Source: the human T2T-CHM13v2.0 reference genome, Homo sapiens. Taken from it: a stretch of DNA of 64,000 bases. The stretch lies in NCBI RefSeq assembly GCF_009914755.1, contig NC_060928.1; one strand, given 5' to 3'. Positions 38,826-58,574 of this stretch are shown here, in pieces. Made by a program: the position numbers and the translations under genes. The notes below the pieces were generated by a model. The model was not told where the DNA came from and searched no databases. It saw only the letters and a program-made list of their open reading frames with translations. Positions within the stretch are counted from its first letter, which is position 1, and each line of letters opens with the position of its first letter.

Positions 38826-39114
38826 TTTTTAATTGCTTGATACCGTAGTATTTTTCTAATGACTTTGGTTTTTTCGTTATGAAATATAACACAAGCAAAA
38901 AATTACCTAAAAGTTGATATTAATAGCTTAATAAATTATTAAAAACTCATATGAAAACCACCAAAATCAACAAATTGGATATTTCCAGCATCTCAAAAGC
39001 CCTTCATTGGCTTCTTCCAAATTACTACCTACCTCATCTCTTCCAATAGGTAATCATTCTCTTGATCTTTTATATTATTTCTTCATTATATAGCTCATAT
39101 ACCAGTTACGCATC

Positions 39115-39465
39115 TGATATGGTTTGGCTGTGTCTCCACCCAAGTCTCACCTTGAATTGTAGCTCCCATAACCACCATGTGTTGTGGGAGGGACTCAGTG
39201 GGAGGTAACTGAATCATGGGGGCGGGTTTTTCGTATGCTCTTCTCGTGATAGTAAGTCTCACGAGTTCGTTATAAAAGGCAGTTCCCCTGCACATGCTCT
39301 CTTGCCTGCTGTCATGCAACGTGTCTTTGCTCCTCCTTCACCTTCCGCCATGATTGTGAGGCTTCCCCAGCCATGTGGAAACGTGAGTCCGTTAAACCTC
39401 CTTTCTTTTATACATTACCCAGTCTCGGATATTTCTTCATAGCAGTATGAAAAGGGACTAATACA
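39115..39465 (+). mobile_element. THE1C-like MaLR solo LTR
   Basis: TGATATGGTTTGGCTG...GGACTAATACA with the 5-bp TSD gcatc (39110-39114 / 39466-39470). Confidence 0.93.
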
Positions 39466-39988
39466 GCATCTCTAAGCAGTTCAGTTTTATCTGTTTCTGA
39501 ACTTCGTTTAAATGGAATTATGTAGTCTTTGTGTCTGTGCATTCTTTGTATCTGGTTTCTTTTATTCCACATAATGTTTGTGTGATTACCTGTGTGTTAT
39601 GTGTACTAGTAGTTTGTTTATTTTCATTGCTGTGCATGGTGTAAATGTACTACAGTTTGTTTTTCCATTCTGTCATTGATGGGATTTGGTTTGCTTTTAT
39701 ATTTTATTTTGAAAAATGCGATTATGAATATTCTTGTACTTGTCTCTTGATTTTTATGTATACACAGTTCAGTGGCATATATGAGATGTAAAATTGCTGA
39801 CTCATAGGGACACATATCTTCAGTTGTAATAATGTCACATTATTTTCCAAAGTGTATTAATTTACAGTCTCACCCTCAGTACCTGAGAATTCCAGTTGTT
39901 CCACATGCTTGAAAAATTCTTAGCATTTTTAACCTTTTTAATTTTTTGTCATTCTGGTGGGCCTGTGGTAGTAATCCATCCATTTTAA

Positions 39989-40313
<325 letters not shown>

Positions 40314-40764
40314 AGATAAACACCTTTTCAAATGGCAACTGGCTATTGGGACACCACTTTTGTGAAGTATCTGTTCAAGTCTCTTGCTTGTTATTTTTTG
40401 GTTGTCACTATTTCTTACTGTTTTGTGGAGGTTCTTTATACGTTATTCTGGATATTAGTTCTATGTCAGCTATATAGATGAAAATATCTTTTTCCAACTC
40501 ATGCTGTCTTTTAACTTTCTTAATGATAATTTTCGTGAACGAAATATAGTTTAATTTATTAATACTTCCTTTACAAATAGAGCTTCTACATCTTATTAAA
40601 AACCTCCCAACTCAATGTTATGAAGTTATTCTCCTATATTATTTTCTAAAACAATTATTTATTTTGCATTTTATATTTAGATCTTTATCCAAAAATTTGT
40701 ATTTGTTGATCATGTGAGGCATATGTTAGTTTATATATTTTTTCTCCATGTAGGCATCCAATAA

Positions 40765-41090
40765 TCTTTCCCCAGATATCCACCTGGCTAACTCCCTCTA
40801 GTTTCAAGTCTCTGGTCTCATGTCATCTTATCAATAAGGCCTACCCTGACCACCCTAATCAAAATTGCAGCCTATATCCATCCTTCAAACACTGCCCCAG
40901 TCTCTGGCACTGTATTCTCTTATGATAAACTGTACAATTTGTTTATTATCTGTTTCTTCATTCGCATGTAAGTTCCATGAAGGAAAAAAATCTGTGTCTA
41001 TTTTGTTCACTGATTTATATCAAGTACCTAGATGGTGCCTAGACCAGAAAAGGTGCTTAACTGATACTTGAACTATATGAGTGAATAAAG
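40765..41090 (+). mobile_element. L2a 3' end
   Basis: 'cccagatatccacctggctaactccc...aggcctaccctgaccacc...gtaagttccatgaagg...gagtgaataa'. Confidence 0.75.
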
Positions 41091-42774
41091 CAATGCACAA
41101 AAATAGGAGAAAATACTTTGTTCAAGTCAGTGCCTACACTTGTTCATGTAACTGTATGATTTATTGTATTGATGGTATCCAATATGTGAAATTTTGAAAT
41201 ATGGTGCATTTGAGCATGTGCACTATTTTATTTATTTATTTAAAGACTTTAAAATAATTAAATATTTTAAATAAATGTTTAATAAAATATTTTGGAAACT
41301 CTGAAGCTGCTCTGTGGACATCTAGGTTCCTGTGAAATGTCCGTTCATTCAACAGATATTCGCAGAGCACCCACTAGGTGCCAGTAAATGTATGAGAAGT
41401 CCTGTGGAATAAGACTGAAGTTGTCCTTGCCTTCAAGCAACTTGCAATTGCCTAAGAACACAGTTTAAAACCACAAAACTAAGGTATTTAAATTTAATTC
41501 CAATCTTTGTGATTCAGGTTAAGTGGCTCCAGCAATGTAAGATTAGTGTCAGAGAAGGCCTAAAGAAATCATCAATGAAAGTTATTTTGAGCATGAGATG
41601 AGGCCCTGGATCAGGTCAAGATCCACCCAGGACTTGACTTAGTGTCTAGGTCAGCCTGTGACCTACATGGCTTTAAGTAAGTTTCCTGAGGGTGGATTTT
41701 ACAGGACTTAAAGGTTTCCTGGGTAACCTTTAAGAGAAGGTAATAGAAGGAGCATTCACATGGAAGCAAAGACTTATTTTGAGTTTTAATTCACTCAATT
41801 GTTATATTATTCATTCATTCATCAAATATATGTTGCATCTGCATCTTTTCAGGGTGAGGTAGGCACTATTGTTACTCTCATAAATACTCAGAGATGTTTA
41901 AAAATAACTTGCCCAAATCTATAACATTTTTAGGTGGCAGACCTGGGCTTCATTCTTTGGCACTCTGGCCAGAAATCAAAATCTTGGCCCCTCCTTTATT
42001 CATTAACTCATTAACTGATCAATTAATTCCTTTGTCTAGCAGCTACCTAGTGAGTGCCTACTATGTTCCAGGAAGTATGCTAAGAGCTGGGATAATGGGT
42101 GAACAGGGCAAAGGCTGTTCTGATCTTTTATGAGCTGATGGCCAAGCGATTACCCACATGCAATGTGGTTTATAATTATGCTTGGACTTTCTTTATCACA
42201 GGTTTATTTTGAGCATCTAAATGACATACAAATTTGGGAGCATTTTTGTAAGCTACAAAGTTCTCTACAGTCAGCAGTTTATCATAATTATTATTTATTC
42301 AAAGGTTATATGATTCAATAATATTAAAAAATTATTCTCACAATTTGACATTCCTTCTATAATTTTTGTTTGCTCTCTTCCTTTCTCCTTTATGCGAGTA
42401 AAAACAAATATTTACAAGGTGACATAATTTAAATGAGCCCCATTTATAGGAATTTGAATTTCTAAAATTTATTTAGAAAAGTAAATTAAACAATAGTTCT
42501 CTTAGTTTATTTAAAACATCATTTAATATATAAAAGTATTGGATTTGCACATACATTTTCAAGGATATGCTGTATATGTTTGCACTAACTGGTTGCGGTG
42601 CTTATATTGAAGCCATTTTTAAAAAATGAAACAACAGACCAAAAATACCACTTTATCCCAAAAGAGTCAGGCATCTCTGTCCTGAGTTTTGATTTCTTGA
42701 TTGCTGCCACATTAAAAATTTTTGAAAAAATTAGGAATATGTATTTTAGTAAATTATGTATCACGTACATAAAA

Positions 42775-42970
42775 TCTGGAAACAGATGGCAAGGGTTATT
42801 AGCTATATGACCTTGGGTGGGTCATTCAACTTCCCTGTTGTTGATTCTCCTTATCTGTAAAGTGGGAATGATCATAACAAACTATTTCTCAGTGTTGTGA
42901 AGCTCAAGTGAGTCAATATAAATCAACTGCTTATAACTAGGTCTGCTGTCTGGTAAGTTGTTATTTCTGT
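42775..42970 (+). mobile_element. MIR SINE
   Basis: 'agctatatgaccttgggtgggtcattcaacttccctg...ccttatctgtaaagtgggaatgat'. Confidence 0.7.
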
Positions 42971-43002
42971 TTCTGCTAAAAAGAAACCTTAAATCTTTTT
43001 GA

Positions 43003-43097
43003 AAAAGAAAGAAAGGGAAAGGAGGAAGGGAGGAAGGAAGGAAGGAAGGAAGGAAGGAAGGAAGGAAGGAAGGCAGGGAGGGAGGGAGGGAAGAAGA
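43003..43097. repeat. Purine-rich microsatellite with a (GGAA)10 core at 43032-43071
   Basis: Read directly. Confidence 0.95.
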
Positions 43098-44216
43098 AAA
43101 TCATTATTAGATTTAGAAAACCTGACTGTAGTCAACTCTTTTCTCAGAGTTTTGATTGTTAAATTCATTTCTGTTGTCAGAAAAAGAGAGAGCGAGCGAG
43201 AGAAAGAATAGCTACATGTGATTATCTGAAGCTGAAAGCCAAGCACAAGTTAGATAGCAGCCATGAACGCAATGCCCAGTTTTGAAGAGGAGCTTAAAAC
43301 ATAAGTCAGTGTCTGGACACATTTGTTAAATTATCCTCAGCATTTCCATGTAGATCCTATTATTTCTACAAATTCCTTCATAATATTGCACTTTTTGTCA
43401 TGATGAACACAACCTCTCTTATCTCAGAAGTGGGGTTTTCCAGCTGTTGGACTGAGGAAGCTCTATTCTTATGAGTTTCATATGGAAGCAGCGATAAGAA
43501 AGACAACACTGTGGTATTTTAACTAGCTGCTCTGATGAAAAGCTTCCATTGTCAGGTGGTGTAACACCAATTGTTAATTTTAATCAAAGGGAATCTAATA
43601 GCTTAATGAAATCATTGACATTAGATGTTCCTGGCCCTCCAGCAAATTGCTGACCATATTATGGAAGTTTATTTTTCACATATTAAAGTAATTACACTGC
43701 AGAACCCAGCAAACTTATTTATCAATTTTTTTGTTTTGTATTAAAGAAGCCCTTAATTCCTATTTCATTATGCTCTATGTAGCTGCTTTGTAGGTGAGAG
43801 AAATACCATGTTTTTAACCTCTTAATTGATGTAGATCTTTGGCAAAATTCTATGGTCATACTGTTTCCTGCATTTTCCATCTGAGGGGACAAAATGTATT
43901 TTTGTTTCCTAATATTTAGATATTTGTGAGGAGTCTTGATCAAACCATCTTTTGTTTTACATGATAATTATATAAAATTATTGGTTATTGATTGATCACT
44001 CTATCAGCTCTCATCCTGTGTGGTATCTTACAAATCACTCCTAGGATAGTTTCCATAACCTCAAAATGTAAAGTGGTTACTAATGAGCCTTCTAGCAGTC
44101 AAACAATAGGAGATTTTGAAATTCTGCTGTTAAGAATTAAAGACCATAAAATGTAATTCTTAATTTTTAAACATAATTTAAAACATATTTATATTCATCT
44201 GCTTCTATATTCTATG

Positions 44217-44217
44217 C

Positions 44218-44249
<32 letters not shown>
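44217..44249. repeat. (TG)n(TA)n microsatellite
   Basis: Read directly. Confidence 0.9.
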
Positions 44250-44559
44250 CAATCACAATTTTCAGTTATAGGAAATTGTGGGCAGCTGATCAACTATTAT
44301 TAATCATAGCTATTTCTTGAACCAGATAATTTAGCCTCTGTTAATAGCATATAGTGTATTGGTCTCTTAGTTAATTAATGATACATTTTGAGTGACAAAT
44401 ATATTAAAGGAAATGTGTTTGCTTTATTTGTGTTTTTATTATCTTTCCAATAAAATTATGAGGTCTTTGTAACCAGGAAAATGGCATTTATTATTTTTAT
44501 ATTCCTCCTCCTAAGAACTACATGATTATGAAATCCCTGATATAACTAATAAATAAATA

Positions 44560-45050
44560 TTAGTTATTTATTGATGTGTAGCAACTTACCTCAAAACTTA
44601 GTAGCTTAAAACAACTATAATTGTTTATTATGTCTGTGGTTCAGGAATTTAGGAATGGTTTCACTGGTGTTTCTAACTCAGGATTCTCACAAGGTTGCAG
44701 TCACAAGTAGCGGGGGGGTTTCAGTCTAAAGGCTTGACTGGGACTAGAATTTGCTTCCAAGGTAGGTTAATTATATTACTGATAAGTTAATACTGGGTTA
44801 GTGGCCGGACTCAGTTCTTCATGTAAGGTAGTCCATAGAGATGTTTAAATCTTCATGATGAAGGTAAAGAATCCCAAGAGACTGAAGTTGAAGCTTTTAT
44901 GTCTTTTATGACCTAGCCTTGGAAATCACATGCTGTCATTTCTGCGATCGGTCATAACCAGTCCTGATTCCATGTTAGAGGAGACTACATAAGGACACAG
45001 GTACCAGAAGGTAAGGACCACTGGGGGTTCCCTGAAAGGATGGCTACCAT
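44560..45050 (-). mobile_element. MLT1 (F/G-like) solo LTR
   Basis: 'cctcaaaacttagtagcttaaaacaac...tcttttatgacctagccttggaaatcaca...ggatggctacca'. Confidence 0.8.
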
Positions 45051-45214
45051 GCTGACTGATAGAGTTGTCTCCACTACTCAGAAGTCAACAATCTGTACTT
45101 GCTAACTCTTACCTGACATCCATTACCATAAAAATGATTCAGATAAAGATGTCAGAAAAACTGATTATTTTAACATAGATGACTTAAGGTTTCATAACTC
45201 TCAACCATATTTGT

Positions 45215-45612
45215 GGTCTGTAAGAGAAAATTCAAATTATATTGGCTTAAACAAGGAGGGAAGTTGTTGATTTACACAATGCAAAAGATTAGAAATAAAG
45301 TGGACTTAATCTAGGTACTCAACAATGCCATGAAATACCTACTACATGTTTCGTCTCCTTGTTACACCCTCATCCTAAAATGGATTCCTTTCATGGTAGT
45401 GAAATGGCTGCCAAATACTCCTGGTAGTTTCATTTGTATCCATGTTATTAGTTTAACAGTAGTTTTCTGACTGAACCATCCTTATGGCCATGGCAAAGGA
45501 ACTATCCTGAATGCATAGGTCATTTGAGACACACCCAAAAAGCAAGGGTGCTACGAGATAGGGAAAGGATGAAAAAAAAAAAATACTGGGAGGAACTACA
45601 GTGTCTTCTACA
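45215..45612 (-). mobile_element. Old MLT1 (J/K/L-like) LTR
   Basis: 'aaattatattggcttaaacaagg...gaaatggctgcc...ctgaaccatccttatggccatgg...gtgtcttctaca'. Confidence 0.55.
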
Positions 45613-46511
45613 GGGACAGATATTCATATTTGTTAAAATTGGTAGCCCTGATTAAACTAACCAGATACATATGCTGTACCAAAATAAGGATATTTTATAC
45701 TGCCCTTCTCTTCTTTCTGTAAAAACAAAGCAAATTCTTCAAAATTTCGATGCCTCTCCTAAATATCTCCTAAAGGGTACATTGTTCTTTTTAGTCACTT
45801 TATTAAAATTCAGATATAACTTTATACATTTGCAATGCTAATACCTCGCTTTCAAAGTAAGTCACCACTTAAATAAGGTTTCAGTTATTTGAGGTTTGCA
45901 TATTTGGGCAGCAGTGATTCTGGTTACTTGCCAATGAACAAGAAAGTTTGAAAATAGACTCAATATTTGGGCCATAATTATAATCAATTAATTCACTTGT
46001 CGTTCTCTACCAATAGACTGTAAGCTTCTTAAAGTCCTGTACTATACGTTTTCTTTTTCTCTTCCCAGTATCTATTGTGTGCCTGGAACACAGACGAAAG
46101 TCAGTAAATAATTAAAGAGTAGATGGGTGAAATTTGAGGCTACATTAATACTATTCTAGCACCCAGTCCAGTGTGTGATGCTTCAGGTAGTCAATAAATG
46201 ATGTCCATCTGCTTTAGAGAATTTCATACACATCACATTAAAGACTAACAATTGCAATTTCAACCTGCATCATTTTTCATTTTCTAGGCCATATGTGAAT
46301 CTCTGTCAACAGCTTGCAGATTTCTCTGATTGAAAATCCCATATGTTAGAATAAAATAGACCTGAGTTCAAATCTTTACTTTGCTCCTTAGTAGCTGTAC
46401 AACTTTTTGACTAATTTGATAACCTCCATAACTCAGAGTTTTCTCTAGAACAGATAATGATTTTAGTGTCTACCTCATAGAAGTGCCAAAAAGTTAAATG
46501 AGATAATGGAC

Positions 46512-46932
46512 TGTGTTAGTTTGTTTTTGCATTTCTATAAAGAAATACCTGAGACTGAATAATTCATAAAGAAAAAAGGTTTAATTGGCTCATGGTTCCA
46601 CAGGCTGTACAGGAAGCAAGATGCTGGCCATCTGCTCAGCTTCTGGGGAGGCCTCAGGAAACTTTCAGTCATGGCAGAAAGCAAAGGGGAAATAGGTATG
46701 TTTTACTTGGCAGGAGCAGGAGGAAGACAGAAAGGGGGAGAGGTGCTACATACTTTTAAACAAAAGTAAAGATCTCATGAGGATTCTATTACTAGAACAG
46801 CACTTGGGGGATGGTTCTAAACCATTAGAAACTGCCTCTATGATCCAATCACCTCTCACTAGGCCCTCCCTTCAGCATTGAGAATGACAGTTCAATAAGA
46901 AATTTGGGTAGGGACAGATCCAAACCATAGTA
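46512..46932 (-). mobile_element. MSTA-like MaLR solo LTR inserted in a MIR
   Basis: 'tgtgttagtttgtttttgcatttctataaagaaatacctgagactg...gatccaaaccata'. TSD tggac/tggaa; MIR pieces lie on both sides. Confidence 0.9.
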
Positions 46933-47272
46933 TGGAAATAAATCTCCAAGAGCACAGTTCCTCATACATAGTATGCTAATTAAGCATCAGCTATTGTTAC
47001 TCATATGTGGAGATTTTGCCCCTATCTCCCATAAAATACAAGGAGATTTCACATCGAAATTCAAAGTTTCGTGAAACTTAGAATTGCATTGGAAACCTTC
47101 TTGGCATCACCAATATTTTACTCATGGGAAATTGGGTACTGCAGAGCAGAGGAGTGGAATGTAGTATAAAATATTAGTAAAGAGCAAGCACTTTGAATTC
47201 AAATAGGTCTGATTTGGTTACTGATGTTGCCACTTCTTACCTGTGTGACCTTGAGCAACTTAACTTACCTCT

Positions 47273-47757
47273 TGTGTTAGTTATCTATTGTCACATAACA
47301 AATTAACGAATTTAGTGGCTTAAAAAAACATACATTTATTATCTCACAGTTTCTGTGGGTCAAAGAGTTGGGGCATTTTTACTGGTCTTCCGCCTAGTGC
47401 CTCAGAAAGCTGCAACTCACGTTTAAATCAAGCCTGGGTTCTCATGAGAGGCTCAGCTGGGAAACACTCCATTTCCAAGCTCCCTCAGGTTGTTGGCAAA
47501 ATTAATTTTCTCATGCCTGTAGTATTTATGGCAACTTGCATCTACAAAGCCACCAGTAGAGAAATTGAGTATGTTAGCAAGATGGAGCATTATGTGATAA
47601 ATTGTAATCATGGGAATGATTCATCACCTTTGACATGTTCTGTTGGTTAAAAATAAGTCACAGGTCTCACTCACACTGAAGAGGAGGGGATTATACAAGA
47701 TACAGGCACCAGGAAGCAGGGAAGGGACATAAGGGCCACCGTAAGGTCTATCCACTG
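47273..47757 (-). mobile_element. MLT1D-like solo LTR inserted in a MIR
   Basis: 'tgtgttagttatctattg...attatctcacagtttctgtgggtca...aagtcacaggtctcactcacactgaagaggaggggattatacaag'. The MIR continues on both sides. Confidence 0.85.
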
Positions 47758-48689
47758 CTCCCTAAGCTTTCATTTCTTCTTCTGTGTAATGAGTAAAAAT
47801 AGTGCCAACCATGTACAGTAATCCATACAAAGTGCTTAGCATTCTGCTTGGCACTTGATGACAGCTTATATATTGGTACAATCTATTAGTTGCTTATTAG
47901 GTAAGGGTAAAAATGAATAATTAGCCAGAGTGAGCTAGCGAAAATCAGGACCACTTGCAGGTAATTCATCCTCATTGCTCCTACAAGCTCCTAAATTTAA
48001 GGTATCTCTGTTTCTGTTACATGACACTTCTCAACACTGCTGTTATTTTGATGCCACAAAGCCCTTTTCTTCACACTTCAGTAATACAGGCTTGACTTTT
48101 ATTCCCTCAGAATCAGATTTTCTAGGCTAATAACTATATTGATAAATTAATTTTTGATAATAGGTAAAAGCCAGAGAAATACTTTTCCTTTGTCTTTTCT
48201 CCATTCCTTCCTCTCAAATGTAAAGCATACTTTAAACAGTGCCATATATGAAACAAACACTTTTAGGGTAGAATTTGACAATTCACAAATTGCTCTAGCA
48301 TACTTTACTGAGCTTTTGAGAAGCTAAGTAGTCTTCTCTCTCTTCTGCAACTATACTACTGTAACACTCTTTTGGAGATTCTCAAAAATATATGCCAAAT
48401 TAAATTTTAACTAATGTCTATTTCAGAGTTTGTCCCTATGCTAACTTTAACATTTAAATAAATTAGTATAATAAGAATTTTGAACCAAGGGGGAAAATAT
48501 CAAGAAGTTTCATTCATCACAGTTGGGTAAAAGATTATTTAGAGATAAGCATTTGGGCTAATTCAAATCATACTAAGGAGGTGGAATCATTACATTGACT
48601 TCCAAGTTTAGCCTGGTTTGTGGTATAAAGGAGGTTCACAGCCTTATTCACAAGCATGAATAATCTACATTGGAATTTATTTATTTAAA

Positions 48690-54585
<5,896 letters not shown>

Positions 54586-54589
54586 GTTA

Positions 54590-54745
54590 CAGATGTAAGA
54601 AATCTGAGAAATGACACACCACCACCTCTCTCCTGTTCCACTGATTACAGAGATTGAACTTGTTATGTGTAAGCAAACTACAAACAAAAGTATGAAGGCT
54701 GTGAATACCAGGAGGTTGGGATCATTTTGGCAGGTGGCTGCCATA
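54590..54745 (-). mobile_element. MLT1 LTR fragment
   Basis: 'gtgaataccaggaggttgggatcattttggcaggtggctgccata' is an antisense MLT1 5' terminus. Confidence 0.6.
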
Positions 54746-57700
54746 GACATTTTTAAGAGGCAGTTATCTGATGAATATCTGGTGGTGAATTGGACTATGG
54801 GATGTCTGGAGTGATATAGGCAGGAAACTTAACTTGTATGTGGCAGAAATCAAACTATCATTTAATCCAAAATAAATTGTAAAGCAACTCATCTGCAGCA
54901 GTGAGACTGAAAATAATGTTGGATAAAACTCCTTCAAAAGGACTCAGTTTTGGAACCAAGACTAGGAAATACATGGTCCTCTTGTGTCCAAAGGTATCCA
55001 ATTGGCTTGGCTCATTGCTGTATGTCTGTTGATGTTGATAGATAATTTGCAAATTGTGTTGTCAACACAACATTTAATCTGCTCTGAGCAGCTCATAAAC
55101 AACAGTTTGATTAATTCTTTCAGTCCATGTCTTCTGGACAAGATTTACAGGGCTCTGCTTATTTGGATGAAAAATAGAGAAAGACAAGCTGTCAGTAGAA
55201 GGGGAGGGGAAAATGGGAAGATTTCCTTTTCTCTTTTTTTGGTTGAAGTTTAGAAGTGTTTTGAAATCATGATTCTTTAAATGTTTGGTTTTTGAAAGGA
55301 AGGATTTCAAAGTGAAACTCAGCAATTGGCATGAGACAAGACTCAGTGTCAAGGTGGCAAAAGTTAGGACAGACAGAGGCAGATTGGCTGTGGATTATTG
55401 TAGGGAGGGAAGAGTAAGTCAAGCCTAAGGCAGGAGATGACTTTCTGAATTACCCAATTAATTCCAGAAACCTGTTGGATGATTATAACTCAGAGAGCTT
55501 GCCATCCATGCTCTGTATGGAATACTAAAGTATTGTGATGAATAGAATTTTGTTCAACAAGCACATTTTGGAAAAAATAGAATTAAAAAGAGGCTATCAA
55601 TCAGTGACATGAATATAGAGGTAAATGTTGTATTATTAGTAGTACTGAACAGTAATGAGAGACAGAGAGAAAGAGACTGAGTCCGTTGTCTTTTTCTTGT
55701 ATTATTACGTGCCAGTTTTGTTCCTAAGGCCCCAAATCTGTTTAGTTGAGTGGTTTCTATTAATTTTGGCTTTGAAATAACTTTCCATTGAAGCATGGCT
55801 TTTAATCAGCACCTCTCTACCTGTGTTGATTTATCCTAGCCAAGATAAGTGAATAGAGTTCTAAATCGCTGTTTATGAATACCGTTGTATCACTTTGAAA
55901 CATGAGGATCATCCAGGAGCTTAGGTGCAAAAACCTGGAAATGAATGTCAATTGGAATAAGGTCCTTTCATAGCAATTATGACACAAGATGTACAGACAG
56001 TCTATGGCTGATAGGGAAAAAAGATCCAAGAAAATAGCTATATAATAATTTCAGGACTATGAGAAATGTAAATAACCCAACACCACAATTCCTCCTTGTA
56101 TTTGTCCCCTTTTATGCCTGTCTCCTCTCAAAGGGATAAATATGATTTTTATAAGCTGTATTTTGGAATGCACACATTTGCAGTGATCATGCCAAGTGTT
56201 TCTTTTGTTGTTCACATCTGCATCTTTCGATATGATGAAGAGTCAACAAGAAAGTAGATTTGGTTTTGTTCCTTTGACAAATAAAGTTCACTTTGGGACA
56301 CCATTGGAGACAAGGGAGAGAAAACAACATTGCATCCATACCAGAAAAACCAAAGCTGAATTTTCTATTAGTGGCGGTTATAAGTTGTAACTTATATGTG
56401 ATGGTCTTTGGAAATATTAACCCAGATTCAGAAATGAGTAATTATATTGACCTTGACATCTGTCCTCATTACCTTGTTCCCAGCTCACACAATTAGTTTA
56501 GCTGAGAATGTCATCAAAACCCTGCGTTTTAGATCTATTTCTAGCAAGAAACTCCTTCAAATCATTGCCCCATGAAAATTACAATATTAAGGACACAAAG
56601 GTATACGTGTATCTAATTGCAGTAATTGTGATGAGAAAGAATTCACATAAATCTCCTTTAGGGGCTTCATTCTGTTTGATGGACTTCATGTACTCTCTTA
56701 AAACTGAAATGATTTCAAAGCATTGTTCCACAAAAGATTATCAGCAATTATTGTATGTGAAAAGAGAAAGGGCAAGAGAGAACACTTTGAGAGGTTCACA
56801 TTGTGAAATAAACTTCAGGCTTTTAACTTGAGGATGGCAGAGGCTGACTAAACCCTTGTAATTCTGGAACTCCCTGTTTACTGTGCTCACTCCCACTCCC
56901 ACCCCTCAGACCACAATTTGTTGGGAGCATTGTTGTTGTACAAGCAATATGCTGACAGAGTTTAAATGTTAACACTACCCTCCTGAAAAATGAGCGAACC
57001 ACGTACTCATACAAAGAAGAAAATACCTAGTAATTTTCAATCTCCTAAAAATAGTAATAATAGTCTATTGGGTTTATTTCATGATTATAAAAGCCTAATA
57101 ATCTATGATAGCTGAAAGCAAGCGTGATTTATTAGGGTCTCTCACAGACAGAAGATAAACCCATAATGTGCAGGGAAACATTTTTTTAAAGGATTGTGCT
57201 AAAAAGAAAATAGACAACAGCTTGCTTACTCTGTAGCTCCAGAAAGTGATGATTTGAGGCTCCGAAATATCAGAGTTGATGAATGGGAGAAGCAAAATTA
57301 TAACTGTTGTTCCATGGTGAGATAAACTTTCACCTCCGTGAAGAAAATATAGATTACTGAAACGGATTGCAAGCAATCAGCACTGTAGATTCTTCTTCCC
57401 TAACTGAGCAATGTTTGAATTTGCGCCTTTCAGACAAATGCATTAATAACATTTAGCCACTAGGTATTTGTGGAAGAAATTGGAAATTGTTTTTAATTTG
57501 TTGGTTTGGTGAAGCGATAATATATTGAGCCATAAGGGAGGGGGTTAAAAAAAAAAAAACTACTGGTATTTGATTTCTATTTGCATATGTAAATATATTA
57601 ATGCAAACAAAGCCATGTTGTTCCTATAAACTCTCTCACACAAAGAAAAGGGTTAATAGACAGGCAGATTTTTTTTAAAAAAATGCATGACCATGTTGTG

Positions 57701-58574
57701 AAATATGAATTTAACACATAACTCATTGGAAGTTCCAATGAGTTATGGGCCTCATTTACTGCATATTACAGACATTTTTTTCATACTCCTTTTCAGCAAG
57801 GCATATGGTTTAAATTAGTTTCATCTTGGATTTTCTAGGGTCTTTTGTAGACTATTTCCTGCAACAAACTGTAATACTCTTGCTCTTTTAATTCTATAGT
57901 AAGATGCTATTAAATGCAGTTCTTTAATTACCATGTAAGGCAGTGCCTCAGGAACATATTCTGTAATAGCCACAAGCTGAGTAAGAGTTTAAATTACAAA
58001 TTTATACTCAGTTGATGAACTTAAAGAAGCTGCAAATTCTTTATGGATACAGGTGAATGGGTAAAAGGTCAGTGTTAGTTGGGGGTAGCAGTAGGGGCCA
58101 TTTGGGATGAAAGTGTTCAGACCCACCTTCAGTTGAATCAGGCAAGGAGACTGTGATAGGTAACAACATCCTGAAGGGTTAAGAATATTAAAGGACCCCA
58201 TTTCCCATAACTTAGCTCATAAATCATATTTTCAGGTACTTTATATGATTTATGAGAGGCTGGCTGTCTGCATGATTAGGAAGTTGCATTAAAATGGCAA
58301 TTGGTGCTTCCAAAACAGAGCCTTATGATAAGAATCCAAATCTCAGCAGAGAAGTTGTCGGAAAACTGGGGTAAAAAAGGAAGCATCTACAGTTCACTCT
58401 CCATGTCTAACACTCAGAATGTAAAATCGAAATATTAAGTGGGAGAAACACTGACTGAAATGATGATGCTTTGGTTTTTGATTTTTTTCCTCGCTGTGAC
58501 CTTAAGCCATTTATTTTCTTTGGATCTCAGTTGCTTCTTTAGCAAAATAAAGGATTGAGGACACTCCTATCCCT

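Noticed and set aside
55821-55934. Possible 114-nt minus-strand exon (ttccag|G...CAG|gtagag) with one open frame
   Set aside because: The donor and polypyrimidine tract are weak, the peptide is unrecognised and there are no partner exons; it cannot be supported without RNA data.
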